From: a virus
Taxonomy: Duplodnaviria > Heunggongvirae > Uroviricota > Caudoviricetes
Length of the DNA stretch: 64,000 nt
Strand: one strand, 5' to 3'
Virus record (IMG/VR): IMGVR_UViG_2667527592_000002
The notes beneath the pieces were generated by a model. That model was not told where the DNA came from. It made no database searches and was given only the letters and a program-made list of their open reading frames with translations. Positions within the stretch are counted from its first letter, which is position 1. Every line of letters begins with the position of its first letter. This document shows positions 9,036 through 17,999 of the stretch, one piece after another. Made by a program: the position numbers and the translations under genes.

Positions 9036-9713
9036 ATGAATAACATGACAACGAAAGAGCTTTTGACGGCACTTCCAAAATACAAAAGCCATAAAACAGT
9101 TCGTGCCTCAAAAATCAAAGATATCGAAATTATCGCCCTAATGGATGTGGTCCTTCTTTGCAACATCGAAGTCGTTGAGCCAGAAGGGGTAAAAGTCCAT
9201 GTTGATAAAATGTTTTTGCAAAAACACCGACCAGAAATTGGCGGATATCTGGTCGCTTATGAGGACGGATCTCTGTCCTATTCACCAGAAAAAACATTTG
9301 AAGAAGGCTTTAGTCGGACTAACGACTTCTTCGAAAATGGGGCATTGCTCAGCATTGAAGGTCACAATGGGGTGACATTCATTACAGCCAGGGACGTAAC
9401 TATTTCTGCTGGCGGTATCGCTACTCTACAAGAAGAAATCGACCTTGAAGCAGCCGACTTTTCTGACGCGCTGATGTGGCTGAAGGATGGCAAGAAAGTT
9501 GCTCGACGCGGGTGGAACGGCGAAAACCAATTCTGCTGGCTGGTTCCTGAAGGACAGTACCCGGCACGAATGGAAGCCATTAAGGGATATTTCCCCGGCG
9601 ACCTCGTTCCGTATGGTGCTTATTTCGCCTTAAAAAATGCACAAGGTGTAGTTGTTCCGTGGGTTCCTTCTGTAGGCGACTTACTGGCATGTGACTGGTT
9701 TGTAGTGGAGTAA
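9036..9713 (+). CDS. DUF2829-domain protein (Tad2-like C-terminal domain) with extra N-terminal domain
   Basis: C-terminal ALMWLKDGKKVARRGWNG ... DLLACDWFVVE matches the DUF2829 hallmark as I recall it; N-terminal 140 aa unassigned. Confidence 0.6.
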   Translation: MNNMTTKELLTALPKYKSHKTVRASKIKDIEIIALMDVVLLCNIEVVEPEGVKVHVDKMFLQKHRPEIGGYLVAYEDGSLSYSPEKTFEEGFSRTNDFFENGALLSIEGHNGVTFITARDVTISAGGIATLQEEIDLEAADFSDALMWLKDGKKVARRGWNGENQFCWLVPEGQYPARMEAIKGYFPGDLVPYGAYFALKNAQGVVVPWVPSVGDLLACDWFVVE

Positions 9714-9719
9714 TTTGAC

Positions 9720-10526
9720 ATGGAAAGCACCAAAACAATTCAATACCGCTTGCGTAATGGCCTGCTGGTGGCTGTTAACGCCGACATGTCACTGCCGTTT
9801 GACACGATTGAACGCACTATCATGACGTATCTCGGCTTTAATGAAGAACTGAATGAAGAGCATGGCGTAGCTATATGGAGTGATGCAGACAGCGGCGTTC
9901 GTCGTTACATCACCGCCAGGGGCAAAGACTACTCTCTGGAAGAACTGTTTGCCCTTGCGCAGTCTTTCGAATGTGTAGCATTAGACCTGTTTAATGATCC
10001 TGCTATAGCGCAACGACTTATACGCGAGCTTGGGCTATCCGTTACACCAATTATCTTTAAAAATGGCAGCCTGACTGGCACATGGCGCGTAGAACGCATC
10101 TCAAACTACCTTCCATATAACCGACAGTTAAATGGAGTAATCTCCGGCGTTAATCAGCCCGTAGCGTGTGAAAATGTAAATCTGGTTGTCGCTGTTTTGG
10201 CAACCGCATGTCGTGTTATCGGTTTGGCTAAACAGGCATTTATTCATTTCCCAAATGGTGCAGAAGGTAGCGCAGAGATTATCGCGTGTGATTTCGAATT
10301 TACCTGGATGCTACGCGAATATCTGGACCAAACAGTGTTCCGCGCCGAAGAACTGGATATGTATATCACGTCAACGATTCCTGATGATGTGCGTGCTGAA
10401 GCAATCGCCACAGCAAGGGCCAAATGCCGTGCGGCGATTGCAGAACAGGCCAAAGAAGAACAGTCCGATGAAGTCGCGGCAGATGTGGAGGCAGAGGTAG
10501 CGGAGGATGCTGATGCTGACGCCTAA
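9720..10526 (+). CDS. hypothetical protein, acidic C-terminus (268 aa)
   Basis: ORF track; GGAG RBS. Confidence 0.5.
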   Translation: MESTKTIQYRLRNGLLVAVNADMSLPFDTIERTIMTYLGFNEELNEEHGVAIWSDADSGVRRYITARGKDYSLEELFALAQSFECVALDLFNDPAIAQRLIRELGLSVTPIIFKNGSLTGTWRVERISNYLPYNRQLNGVISGVNQPVACENVNLVVAVLATACRVIGLAKQAFIHFPNGAEGSAEIIACDFEFTWMLREYLDQTVFRAEELDMYITSTIPDDVRAEAIATARAKCRAAIAEQAKEEQSDEVAADVEAEVAEDADADA

Positions 10527-11613
10527 AAACATCACCGAATTACCAGAGTGGAGAGAGCTGGTAAGCAAATATAGCCATGACTGGGCATTAGCAGCAGAAG
10601 AGTTGATGGGTGTTAAGTTAACCCACCAGCAAAAGCTAATTGTTGAGGCGATTCAACAAAAAGGTTCAGCAGTCAGCGTCACCACTCCTGAAGGGATAGG
10701 CCAAAAGACGGTTATCGCTATAATTAGTATTCTTTATACAATCCTGATGCCTGAGTCTAAAACGGTTATTGTTTCCCCAAAGTTCTATAATTGTCGCAGG
10801 CAAGTTATCCAATACATAAGTACGTATTGGGATAGAGTCAGTAACAGAATCCCATTGCTGGGAGAATATTTTAAAGTCGATGGAAACGGCATCAATCATC
10901 GTTACCGGGAATATTGGGGCTGCGAAATTAAGCCATATCACCGAAATTATGAGGAAGGTTTCGGTGGATATTATGCTGAACATCTTTTAATCATTGTTAC
11001 GGAGGCGGCTCTTGCTGGCGATCGGCTATTCAGCATGTTAAGAGCATCGTTAGTAAGTGACGATTCACGTATACTTTTAATGTCCGCTCCTTCAGAGGAG
11101 GAGCATGGACACTTTTACGATTCCCATCATGGTCGTGCTAAATCAGAAGAAAATCCATGTGGTATTTATACAGCCATCAAGCTGAACGCAGAAGATACCC
11201 CCATTATTTCTCAAGGTTATCTTGATAACATTGCAGAAATATATGGTGGTAAAAACAGCGATTACTACCGTCGTATGGTTCTTGGTGAGTTTCCTGGTAT
11301 TAGGGGGGCTGTTCTTGAATCAGATATGCCGAAGACAATGCGCTTTTCGATGCCTGATGGTAGTGAATGGATAATGCCATTACGAGTGATAGCCCGGCAT
11401 CATGCACAGCACCACGCCAAAAAACATGGCGTTACAACATTGGAGTGGTTGAAATCGCACACCATTCCACTCTTCACTGCAGATCACAATGCTATCGTTG
11501 AGTGGGCAAAAACAATTCCGTGGGAGAATGTTGCTGAATACGCCCACATGCTAAAACCGCCGAAAGACAGGCAAGAAATTAGCTGGCTGACAGCAGAAAA
11601 AATCATTGAGTGA
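10507..11613 (+). CDS. terminase-large-subunit-like ATPase-domain paralogue with degenerate Walker motifs, no nuclease domain
   Basis: 368 aa; collinear blocks shared with 3643..5151 (HLLII.TEA, RILLMS.P, GHFYDSHH, YGG, GEFP); Walker A GIGQKT, Walker B IVTE. Confidence 0.6.
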   Translation: MLMLTPKNITELPEWRELVSKYSHDWALAAEELMGVKLTHQQKLIVEAIQQKGSAVSVTTPEGIGQKTVIAIISILYTILMPESKTVIVSPKFYNCRRQVIQYISTYWDRVSNRIPLLGEYFKVDGNGINHRYREYWGCEIKPYHRNYEEGFGGYYAEHLLIIVTEAALAGDRLFSMLRASLVSDDSRILLMSAPSEEEHGHFYDSHHGRAKSEENPCGIYTAIKLNAEDTPIISQGYLDNIAEIYGGKNSDYYRRMVLGEFPGIRGAVLESDMPKTMRFSMPDGSEWIMPLRVIARHHAQHHAKKHGVTTLEWLKSHTIPLFTADHNAIVEWAKTIPWENVAEYAHMLKPPKDRQEISWLTAEKIIE

Positions 11614-11648
11614 TAGTAGGAAGCCCGCCTGGTTGAGCGGGCTTCTTT

Positions 11649-12029
11649 TCAAATATTGGAACCATATAGTTCACGTAGTTTTTCCGCTACTGAAGATACG
11701 GGGATTTCACCAGTTGCAGCCCCCACCGCAAGTTCCACCAGCACGGGAGAATCATATACCTGTATACCGTTACGGCGTAGAAATAGCAGCGCACTGTTTA
11801 GCGCGGTACGCTTATTGGCATCATTGAATATATGCCCTCTCGCAGTAGCCACCAGGTAGGTTGCGGAGACTTCGAAAAGGTCGGTGATCTCTTCGTAGGC
11901 AACTCTGGCCTGAACTCTCCCGATAATGGCCTCTGCCCTACCCGGATCTGACATTCCCGGCAGGCCGCCGTAGCGGCTTATATTCGCATCATGAAGCGCA
12001 ATAAGTTCTTCCGGTGATATATGCCTCAT
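11649..12029 (-). CDS. doc: Doc toxin (Fic-family kinase), phd-doc addiction module
   Basis: 126 aa, near-identical to P1 Doc as I recall it ([22 protein letters not shown]... [11 protein letters not shown]). Confidence 0.95.
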
Positions 12030-12250
12030 TATCGGTTAACCAGTTCCTTGTTGGTGGAGTCCAGGGTGTCAAACAGGGATGCAAATTCAGCATCCAGCGC
12101 CGCCTTTTTGTAGGCTTCGAAAGTAGCCTTGCTGACAATTACTGCTGGTTCACGGCCTCTGCGGGTGATTTCAACCTCTTCCCCGGCTTCAACATTGTTG
12201 AGCAATTCAGAAAGGTTGCCGCGCGCGGTACGGAAGTTAATGGACTGCAT
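12029..12250 (-). CDS. phd: Phd antitoxin
   Basis: 73 aa from ATG 12250 ([15 protein letters not shown]...), matches P1 Phd; the track's GTG at 12256 is a 2-codon extension; overlaps doc start. Confidence 0.9.
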
Positions 12251-12322
12251 AAACACCTCGTGTACTCGTTATGTGTACACAATCATAAACTTCACAGGCA
12301 TAAAGCACCAGCACTTTGCAGC

Positions 12323-12712
12323 TTAAATGACCGGACAATCATCAAACTCCCCACTTCGGGCATCATTGATGACATGAGTGATCACACCAAAAACAGCATT
12401 ACTACCCGTGTAACCATCGTCATCTACTGGTAACGCCTCTTTCTTCCCGGTGCTTAAATCCTCCAGGTGCTGGCGCGGATACTTTCGGTATCTCTTTATG
12501 CGATATTCACCCTCCATAGCGCACACAAGCAGCGAACCATCAACTGGAGTAAGCGAAGAATCAACCACCAGCAAAGCACCCTGCAATATTCCCTCACGGT
12601 GATGGCTGTCTGCCGCCCGCATGAAGTATGTCGCTGATGGATGCCTGATTAGTTGCTGATCAAGAGAAATTCTGCTTTCAACATAGTCCGCCGCAGGAGA
12701 AGGGAAGCCCAT
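12323..12712 (-). CDS. humD: UmuD'-like protein (HumD-like, peptidase S24 fold)
   Basis: FPSPAADYVESRISLDQQLIRHPSATYF resembles UmuD; directly upstream of phd-doc as in P1. Confidence 0.8.
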   Translation of the reverse strand: MGFPSPAADYVESRISLDQQLIRHPSATYFMRAADSHHREGILQGALLVVDSSLTPVDGSLLVCAMEGEYRIKRYRKYPRQHLEDLSTGKKEALPVDDDGYTGSNAVFGVITHVINDARSGEFDDCPVI

Positions 12713-12799
12713 AGCGTTTTCACCTCAATAATACTGTTCATTTATACAGTATACATTAAAGAGACACCTTTGGTGCAAACGCGTTATCGCCGGTCATCA

Positions 12800-13084
12800 T
12801 TAACTCCTACATTCAGGGCAAGAGTTCCCTTCCGCAAAATAGGGGAAACTGCTATCAAGCTCATCACACCATCTGCGATGGTCGTAGCACCAAAACGCCT
12901 CCCACGGTGCACGGAAATACTTCATCCACCAGGACACTCGATCAGGTATATCTGCTGGTGGCAGCTCTTCTGGCAATAATTTGCCTGATAATTCCCTTTC
13001 CGCCCGCGCCAGCATTCCTTTTAGACTCGCATTCTCTTTTTCAAGAATCTCTATGCGCGCCTGTAACTCAGCTTTCGTTGGCAT
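12800..13084 (-). CDS. hypothetical protein (about 94 aa, coiled-coil N-terminus)
   Basis: ORF track frame; start placed at ATG 13084 after GAGG RBS rather than the longer overlapping extension. Confidence 0.4.
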   Translation of the reverse strand: MPTKAELQARIEILEKENASLKGMLARAERELSGKLLPEELPPADIPDRVSWWMKYFRAPWEAFWCYDHRRWCDELDSSFPYFAEGNSCPECRS

Positions 13085-13835
13085 GGTCCGCCTCATGTTT
13101 ATCAGCCACCAGCGGCAATAAAGCCTTCGCCATTTCATGAACCAACATGGCATCAATGACGCCTAGCGTATGGCCCGGCTTAATCTTTAATGCGGCCTCA
13201 AGATAGCCTCTTTCCAGAGTGGTTTTTACGCTTTTCCTGGGCGCTTGTTGGGAACTATCCGGAAAATCCGGATGGTTCCCAGCCTCATAAGCTACCCGCA
13301 ACCAGTGCATGAATGTTTCCGCAGACACACAACCGCAGTCCACATCGATTTTCCCGCGTTGCTGTTCCAGCCATTGCTCAAAATCTAACTTGTAAGCCTT
13401 ACTTTCAGACTTAACTTTCTGAGACGCTATGCGAGCTGCTTCATACTGTTCACGAGTGACAACCGATGTAAACGCACTGCGATCAAGGTCACTGATATCG
13501 CAAATAATGCCATCAATGGAATAATTCTTTGATGATTGGTAATTTTTATGGCGCGTACCAAAAAGAACCGTAGCGCGACTACTACCTGGCATCGTAATGG
13601 ATAGATGGCAAAAATCTTTTCCATCAGGCCATCCACGCCCCTTAGATAATTCCTTCACTAACAAGTCAATCAGTGTCATAGCTTTACCATCCTTGCAAGG
13701 CGCTAAAGCTATTTTGGCAAGCTCCAATACTTCATCTGCTGTGTATCCAGCACCGTGACCATACATTTCGATACGGGAAATAATATCTGAAATACGCTCT
13801 TTAGTGATTCTTGTCATAGTTTTATTTCCTTGCAT
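13068..13835 (-). CDS. hypothetical protein (255 aa)
   Basis: ORF track. Confidence 0.5.
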   Translation of the reverse strand: MQGNKTMTRITKERISDIISRIEMYGHGAGYTADEVLELAKIALAPCKDGKAMTLIDLLVKELSKGRGWPDGKDFCHLSITMPGSSRATVLFGTRHKNYQSSKNYSIDGIICDISDLDRSAFTSVVTREQYEAARIASQKVKSESKAYKLDFEQWLEQQRGKIDVDCGCVSAETFMHWLRVAYEAGNHPDFPDSSQQAPRKSVKTTLERGYLEAALKIKPGHTLGVIDAMLVHEMAKALLPLVADKHEADHANES

Positions 13836-14023
13836 GGTTCGCCTTTACGGCAAACAGCTACACGGTCATTTCTTACATTAACCACAGTCACCGTTCCGTC
13901 ATCGCATTGAATAACGATGAAAGAGTGTTCATTCTCTTTTGTGCAATGTTGCTGTTCCCCTGCTGTAACAGTGAGGGGAATTAATAAAATAATAATTACT
14001 GCGAATTTACTAAATGTTGCCAT
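13814..14023 (-). CDS. small secreted protein with signal peptide and 4 Cys (69 aa)
   Basis: N-terminal hydrophobic signal-like segment; ORF track. Confidence 0.4.
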   Translation of the reverse strand: MATFSKFAVIIILLIPLTVTAGEQQHCTKENEHSFIVIQCDDGTVTVVNVRNDRVAVCRKGEPCKEIKL

Positions 14024-14047
14024 AGCAATCTTTCTTTCTGTTTTTCA

Positions 14048-14341
14048 TTATGGTTGAATCCAGTTATCTTCAATAGCAATGCTCAATCTTTGTAACCATT
14101 CTGCTAATTTCAGCATTGCTTCTCTTTCGCTTAAACCACGAGGAAAATCATCAAGCGATATTGTTGGCTTGAAGTTTCCCAAATTATCCATTTCAACGGT
14201 CAGATTTTGCTCCAGCACGGTATTCCTTACGCGGCTATTGTGCCGAAGCAAATATACTGAACGTGATTTATTGGTTTTGTGGTCGAACGTATATTCGGTA
14301 AGTATCATCTGGCTTCCGCCATGATTATTACCGCGCCACAT
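14048..14341 (-). CDS. hypothetical protein (97 aa)
   Basis: ORF track. Confidence 0.4.
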   Translation of the reverse strand: MWRGNNHGGSQMILTEYTFDHKTNKSRSVYLLRHNSRVRNTVLEQNLTVEMDNLGNFKPTISLDDFPRGLSEREAMLKLAEWLQRLSIAIEDNWIQP

Positions 14342-14648
14342 AATTACTCCGTGTTAATTTTACCTTTATCGCGAACACCTTTACCGGTTTATCGCCGAAG
14401 TGCGGGTGTGTGATTATCTTGATTTCATAGCCGTCATACGGAACATCAATTCTGCGGCTGGAATCGTCGCGCTTCGGATATCCCTTTGTGATAATCAGGC
14501 GGTCATACTTACGGTTAACGAGGCGCTTATTCCAGTAGTCATTACACAGGCGATACTCTTCCGTTTTCTCCCCGCGAATCATGGCATCGAAGTATTCACC
14601 TTTAACGGCAAGTTGCAGGTTAGCCATTACCTCACCTCCAGTCTCCAT
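14328..14648 (-). CDS. hypothetical protein, possible ASCH/PUA-like fold (106 aa)
   Basis: ORF track; weak resemblance only. Confidence 0.45.
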   Translation of the reverse strand: METGGEVMANLQLAVKGEYFDAMIRGEKTEEYRLCNDYWNKRLVNRKYDRLIITKGYPKRDDSSRRIDVPYDGYEIKIITHPHFGDKPVKVFAIKVKLTRSNYVAR

Positions 14649-14887
14649 ACCGCCTGACCAATCCGGCTGGCATGGGTATCTTTGGATACTGTTCCGTCTT
14701 TAGCCAGCTCCATAAGAATTTTGCGCAAATCTGCCGAACGCCATTCTTCATCAGGAAATTCCTTCTCCATTGCCAACCGCAGATTCCAGGTTGCCATCCT
14801 GAATGGATATTCCCCGCCGAGAGCTTTATCTTGCAGGGCAGCCCGGGAACGCATCACCTGCAAAACCTTCTCTTTTACATCCATCAT
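14627..14887 (-). CDS. hypothetical protein (86 aa)
   Basis: ORF track. Confidence 0.4.
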   Translation of the reverse strand: MMDVKEKVLQVMRSRAALQDKALGGEYPFRMATWNLRLAMEKEFPDEEWRSADLRKILMELAKDGTVSKDTHASRIGQAVWRLEVR

Positions 14888-15897
14888 TTCGCCTCCTGCG
14901 GCGGTTCTGGTAGCGGCATCCAGTGAGTTACTTTCGATGCCGGTTCTTCCCCATCGTCAGTAACTGCCCACCATTTGTTTCTCGACCAATCGTAATACCC
15001 TTCGAAGGTATTGCACTCAGTCCAGCCGTAAGACTTACCCCAACACCAAACATACTGTTTATCGTTCGGCATTCGCTCACTACAGCTTATCCAACTATCC
15101 GGAATGACCGGAGAGTTGCCAGTCAGTCTACGCAAAATAGCCTTAACAGCCTCAATACGGTCATCATCGCAACTTTCCAGCGTATCTATGCGATCGAGCA
15201 TGATGATGGCGTTATCAATATCAGGATTGCCGGTCCACTCATTACCGCGATTGGATTCGGCAGTCTGGTTGCCGCGTACTGGTTGATTCTCGGCTTTACC
15301 CTGTCTGTCGTTGCTGCATGAATGCCCTTCCAGCCAGGCCAATGCTTGTCGCATGAAATACGCAATATGTTTGCCGTGGTAATCGTCTTCATTGATGTGA
15401 AAAGCGATACTGCGGATGTATTCAATTGCGTTTTCAATGGCCTCCGGCGTTATCGGCGCTGACATATTTTGATTTTGGAGTGCCAAGACGCGGCTGGCAT
15501 CCTCAACACCTTTAACGGCATCTGCGCAGTAGTTATAGCGATTGCATTCCACTAACTTTTGCTTTAGGTTTTCAATTGCTTGCGCGACATCAGCCTGTAT
15601 TACCGGCGCTGGCGGTGCGGTATAAAACTTCGTCCCCAACGGCAACAACTTCATCGCTTTTTCTCCCTTAATGATGCGATAAGTTGATTTCCCGCCAAGG
15701 TCTACCGTTCCATCCATAACAAGGCCATATCGCTTCTCTGAAACTTCACCAATAGGCTCTGCTTCCAGCGATGCCAGTGCGATACGAAACACATTGGCAA
15801 GCAGGCTGTCTGAAGATTGGTTATCGTGCGCCGGGTCGCTCAGGAAACCAGTGATGAATGATTTAATCTCCGCGTTTTCTCTGGTAATAGTGATCAT
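14884..15897 (-). CDS. hypothetical protein with DUF551-like C-terminus (337 aa)
   Basis: C-terminal W-rich segment ending THWMPLPEPP typical of phage DUF551 proteins. Confidence 0.55.
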   Translation of the reverse strand: MITITRENAEIKSFITGFLSDPAHDNQSSDSLLANVFRIALASLEAEPIGEVSEKRYGLVMDGTVDLGGKSTYRIIKGEKAMKLLPLGTKFYTAPPAPVIQADVAQAIENLKQKLVECNRYNYCADAVKGVEDASRVLALQNQNMSAPITPEAIENAIEYIRSIAFHINEDDYHGKHIAYFMRQALAWLEGHSCSNDRQGKAENQPVRGNQTAESNRGNEWTGNPDIDNAIIMLDRIDTLESCDDDRIEAVKAILRRLTGNSPVIPDSWISCSERMPNDKQYVWCWGKSYGWTECNTFEGYYDWSRNKWWAVTDDGEEPASKVTHWMPLPEPPQEAK

Positions 15898-16103
15898 TTG
15901 TTAATCCTTAAAACTTTATGCCCTGGCGCAAAAGCACGTGTTTTGTCTTTGCTTATTCGCCACCCGTCTTTACGGGCCTCTTTTGCACAACCAGACCATG
16001 ACGTACCGATATACTCACCGAAGTCTGGCACTGGATATACACCTTCCGTACACTGGCGGCAGTCACAATAGAGATGCATGGTGTAACTTGCGGCAATAGC
16101 CAT
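15894..16103 (-). CDS. small Cys-rich hypothetical protein (69 aa)
   Basis: ORF track; ATGA overlap with upstream gene. Confidence 0.4.
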   Translation of the reverse strand: MAIAASYTMHLYCDCRQCTEGVYPVPDFGEYIGTSWSGCAKEARKDGWRISKDKTRAFAPGHKVLRINK

Positions 16104-16104
16104 A

Positions 16105-16296
16105 TCAGTCTCCTTTAGTGCGCAGGTGGTTTTTCCAGCGGTTTTGCGCCGCGCTGCGCTTATCTTTTACTCCCTCTCTGGCAATTCCAGAATATAAGTA
16201 CAACACCACACGGCGATTGCTAACTCTCAACCACTGGCTGGGATAGCAACGTCTGTATACACGGGAAATAAGCATCTTTGCTTTACGGTTTTTCAT
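16105..16296 (-). CDS. small basic protein, tandem paralogue 2 (63 aa)
   Basis: Starts MKNRKAK; about 20 nt at the 5' end identical to neighbouring paralogue. Confidence 0.4.
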   Translation of the reverse strand: MKNRKAKMLISRVYRRCYPSQWLRVSNRRVVLYLYSGIAREGVKDKRSAAQNRWKNHLRTKGD

Positions 16297-16469
16297 CTTA
16301 CTGCGTACCCTTTCTTCCGCCTGTTCTGTGACGCGCTAGGCTTACGCTTTGCGGCAAAAGCCACCTGACCAAATGGATGGAGTACCGCTATCTTATGGTT
16401 GCTGATAACCAGCTCCACCACACGCACAGGTCGCTGTAAAAAAAGTCGTTTTGCTTTACGGTTTTTCAT
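16293..16469 (-). CDS. small basic protein, tandem paralogue 1 (58 aa)
   Basis: Hand-translated: MKNRKAKRLFLQRPVRVVELV...; stop overlaps next ATG (ATGA); below track cutoff. Confidence 0.35.
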   Translation of the reverse strand: MKNRKAKRLFLQRPVRVVELVISNHKIAVLHPFGQVAFAAKRKPSASQNRRKKGYAVR

Positions 16470-16641
16470 CGTTTTGCTCTCCTGCGTTTCTTTGCTGCTC
16501 GTCGTGCCGCCGCAATACCTGTATGGCGGCGCTTTGGTGCCGGGATGATGTTGTCAGCCATCAGGACATGCGGCTTTGTAATTAGCGCAGAAGCCCAAAA
16601 ACGAGTCGGATACGGTAACAAGCCGATACATGCCACACGCA

Positions 16642-17121
16642 TTACTCACCTTCTTTGATGCGAATGCCTGCGGCGCGTGGCACATTAACTTCCACGATGC
16701 GCACTGTTGGTTTGTACATCTCAATCGCTGTCAGCCAGTCAGCGCCGGTCATACGCTTTTCTGCATCGCCATTAGTCCACTTAACCGGTACACCAATAGC
16801 CTTCATCGCAATTTCTATTTCCCCGGCAATGGCGCTTTTCCCGCAACCAGTAAAACCAGATACAACGACAAGAACTTCGCCTTTTGCTGGTTTTATTTCC
16901 CGCGCCTCCACCTCTGCAATTCGGCACATAGCATCGATATTTGTGTCTTCCTGGCGTTTAACTTCATCCAATAATGCCAACGCGATATCTGGCGAAAAGT
17001 GCTTCATAAAATCGTTAAGCGCATTAATTCGCTGATCGAAAGGCATTACAGGCGCTTCACCAGCAATTTTTGTTTTTTCAGCAATTTCACGAAGCTTTTG
17101 ATAGTCAATTTTGTTTGTCAT
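16642..17121 (-). CDS. P-loop NTPase-like protein (159 aa)
   Basis: Walker A-like VVVSGFTGCGKSA; start overlaps stop of PAPS-reductase-like gene. Confidence 0.5.
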   Translation of the reverse strand: MTNKIDYQKLREIAEKTKIAGEAPVMPFDQRINALNDFMKHFSPDIALALLDEVKRQEDTNIDAMCRIAEVEAREIKPAKGEVLVVVSGFTGCGKSAIAGEIEIAMKAIGVPVKWTNGDAEKRMTGADWLTAIEMYKPTVRIVEVNVPRAAGIRIKEGE

Positions 17122-17996
17122 GCCACTACCTCTTCGAATTTCAACTCCAATTGGTCACCCCAGATTTCACATGATTCGGAACACGAACCAGTATCAAACC
17201 GCTTGGCCTGCACCATCGCCTGATACAAATTTCTGTAGTCGCTGTCGGCATACATTCTGGCAATCCCGTCAAGCGTCAGGTGACCACGGTACATAACGTC
17301 TTTACCTGTTCTGCGATGACCATCCCTGACGTGTTTGCCTGTAACCAGTTCATTAAAAACCCGCATCAGACCTGGTTCGTCTTTACATGCAAGCCCCAGC
17401 TTTTGCGTTGACTTTTTGATGCAAAAAACACAGTTCCCGAGGTGCTCCGGGATTTGCAAATCAAAAGGTTGTTTTCGCCACCACCGGATAACATCCGACT
17501 TATCAAAATCTGACAGCTCGGCAAGATACCGGACGCCCGGTTTCGGTTTCAGCCTACGGGGTTCGTCCGCACGAATACCCAGCCATGTGATGTAATTCCC
17601 TCGCCCAAAATGGTCATCGCAATATTTCGTGAAAGGGGTGAGTTTTAGCCTGTCAGTACAGAACGCGCCGCCGATGTATGGCGTACCGTACTTTTTAACC
17701 ATGTCCATAAACGGTTTAAGCACCGGCATTCGCGTCTGAATATCCTTTGGTTCCCATTCCGTATAACCATTTGGCTGCCCAAGTTCTGGATTTATATCGA
17801 CCTGCAACACCGTTAGCGGTACATTCCAGAACTTCACAACCTCACGAATAAAGCGATACGTCAGAGGATGTTCACAGCCGGTATCCATAAAAATGAAATG
17901 GACGCTAGCGCCAGCTTTTCGCTGTGCTTCCATCAGATGAACGAGATAAGCCGATGTTCGTCCACCTGAAAAGCTGACGACTTGATGCATACTCAC
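17118..17996 (-). CDS. PAPS reductase-family protein (PP-loop ATP pyrophosphatase fold)
   Basis: VVSFSGGRTSAYL ... IFMDTGCEHPLTYRFI parallels the CysH N-terminal region. Confidence 0.8.
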   Translation of the reverse strand: MSMHQVVSFSGGRTSAYLVHLMEAQRKAGASVHFIFMDTGCEHPLTYRFIREVVKFWNVPLTVLQVDINPELGQPNGYTEWEPKDIQTRMPVLKPFMDMVKKYGTPYIGGAFCTDRLKLTPFTKYCDDHFGRGNYITWLGIRADEPRRLKPKPGVRYLAELSDFDKSDVIRWWRKQPFDLQIPEHLGNCVFCIKKSTQKLGLACKDEPGLMRVFNELVTGKHVRDGHRRTGKDVMYRGHLTLDGIARMYADSDYRNLYQAMVQAKRFDTGSCSESCEIWGDQLELKFEEVVA

Positions 17997-17999
17997 GGT

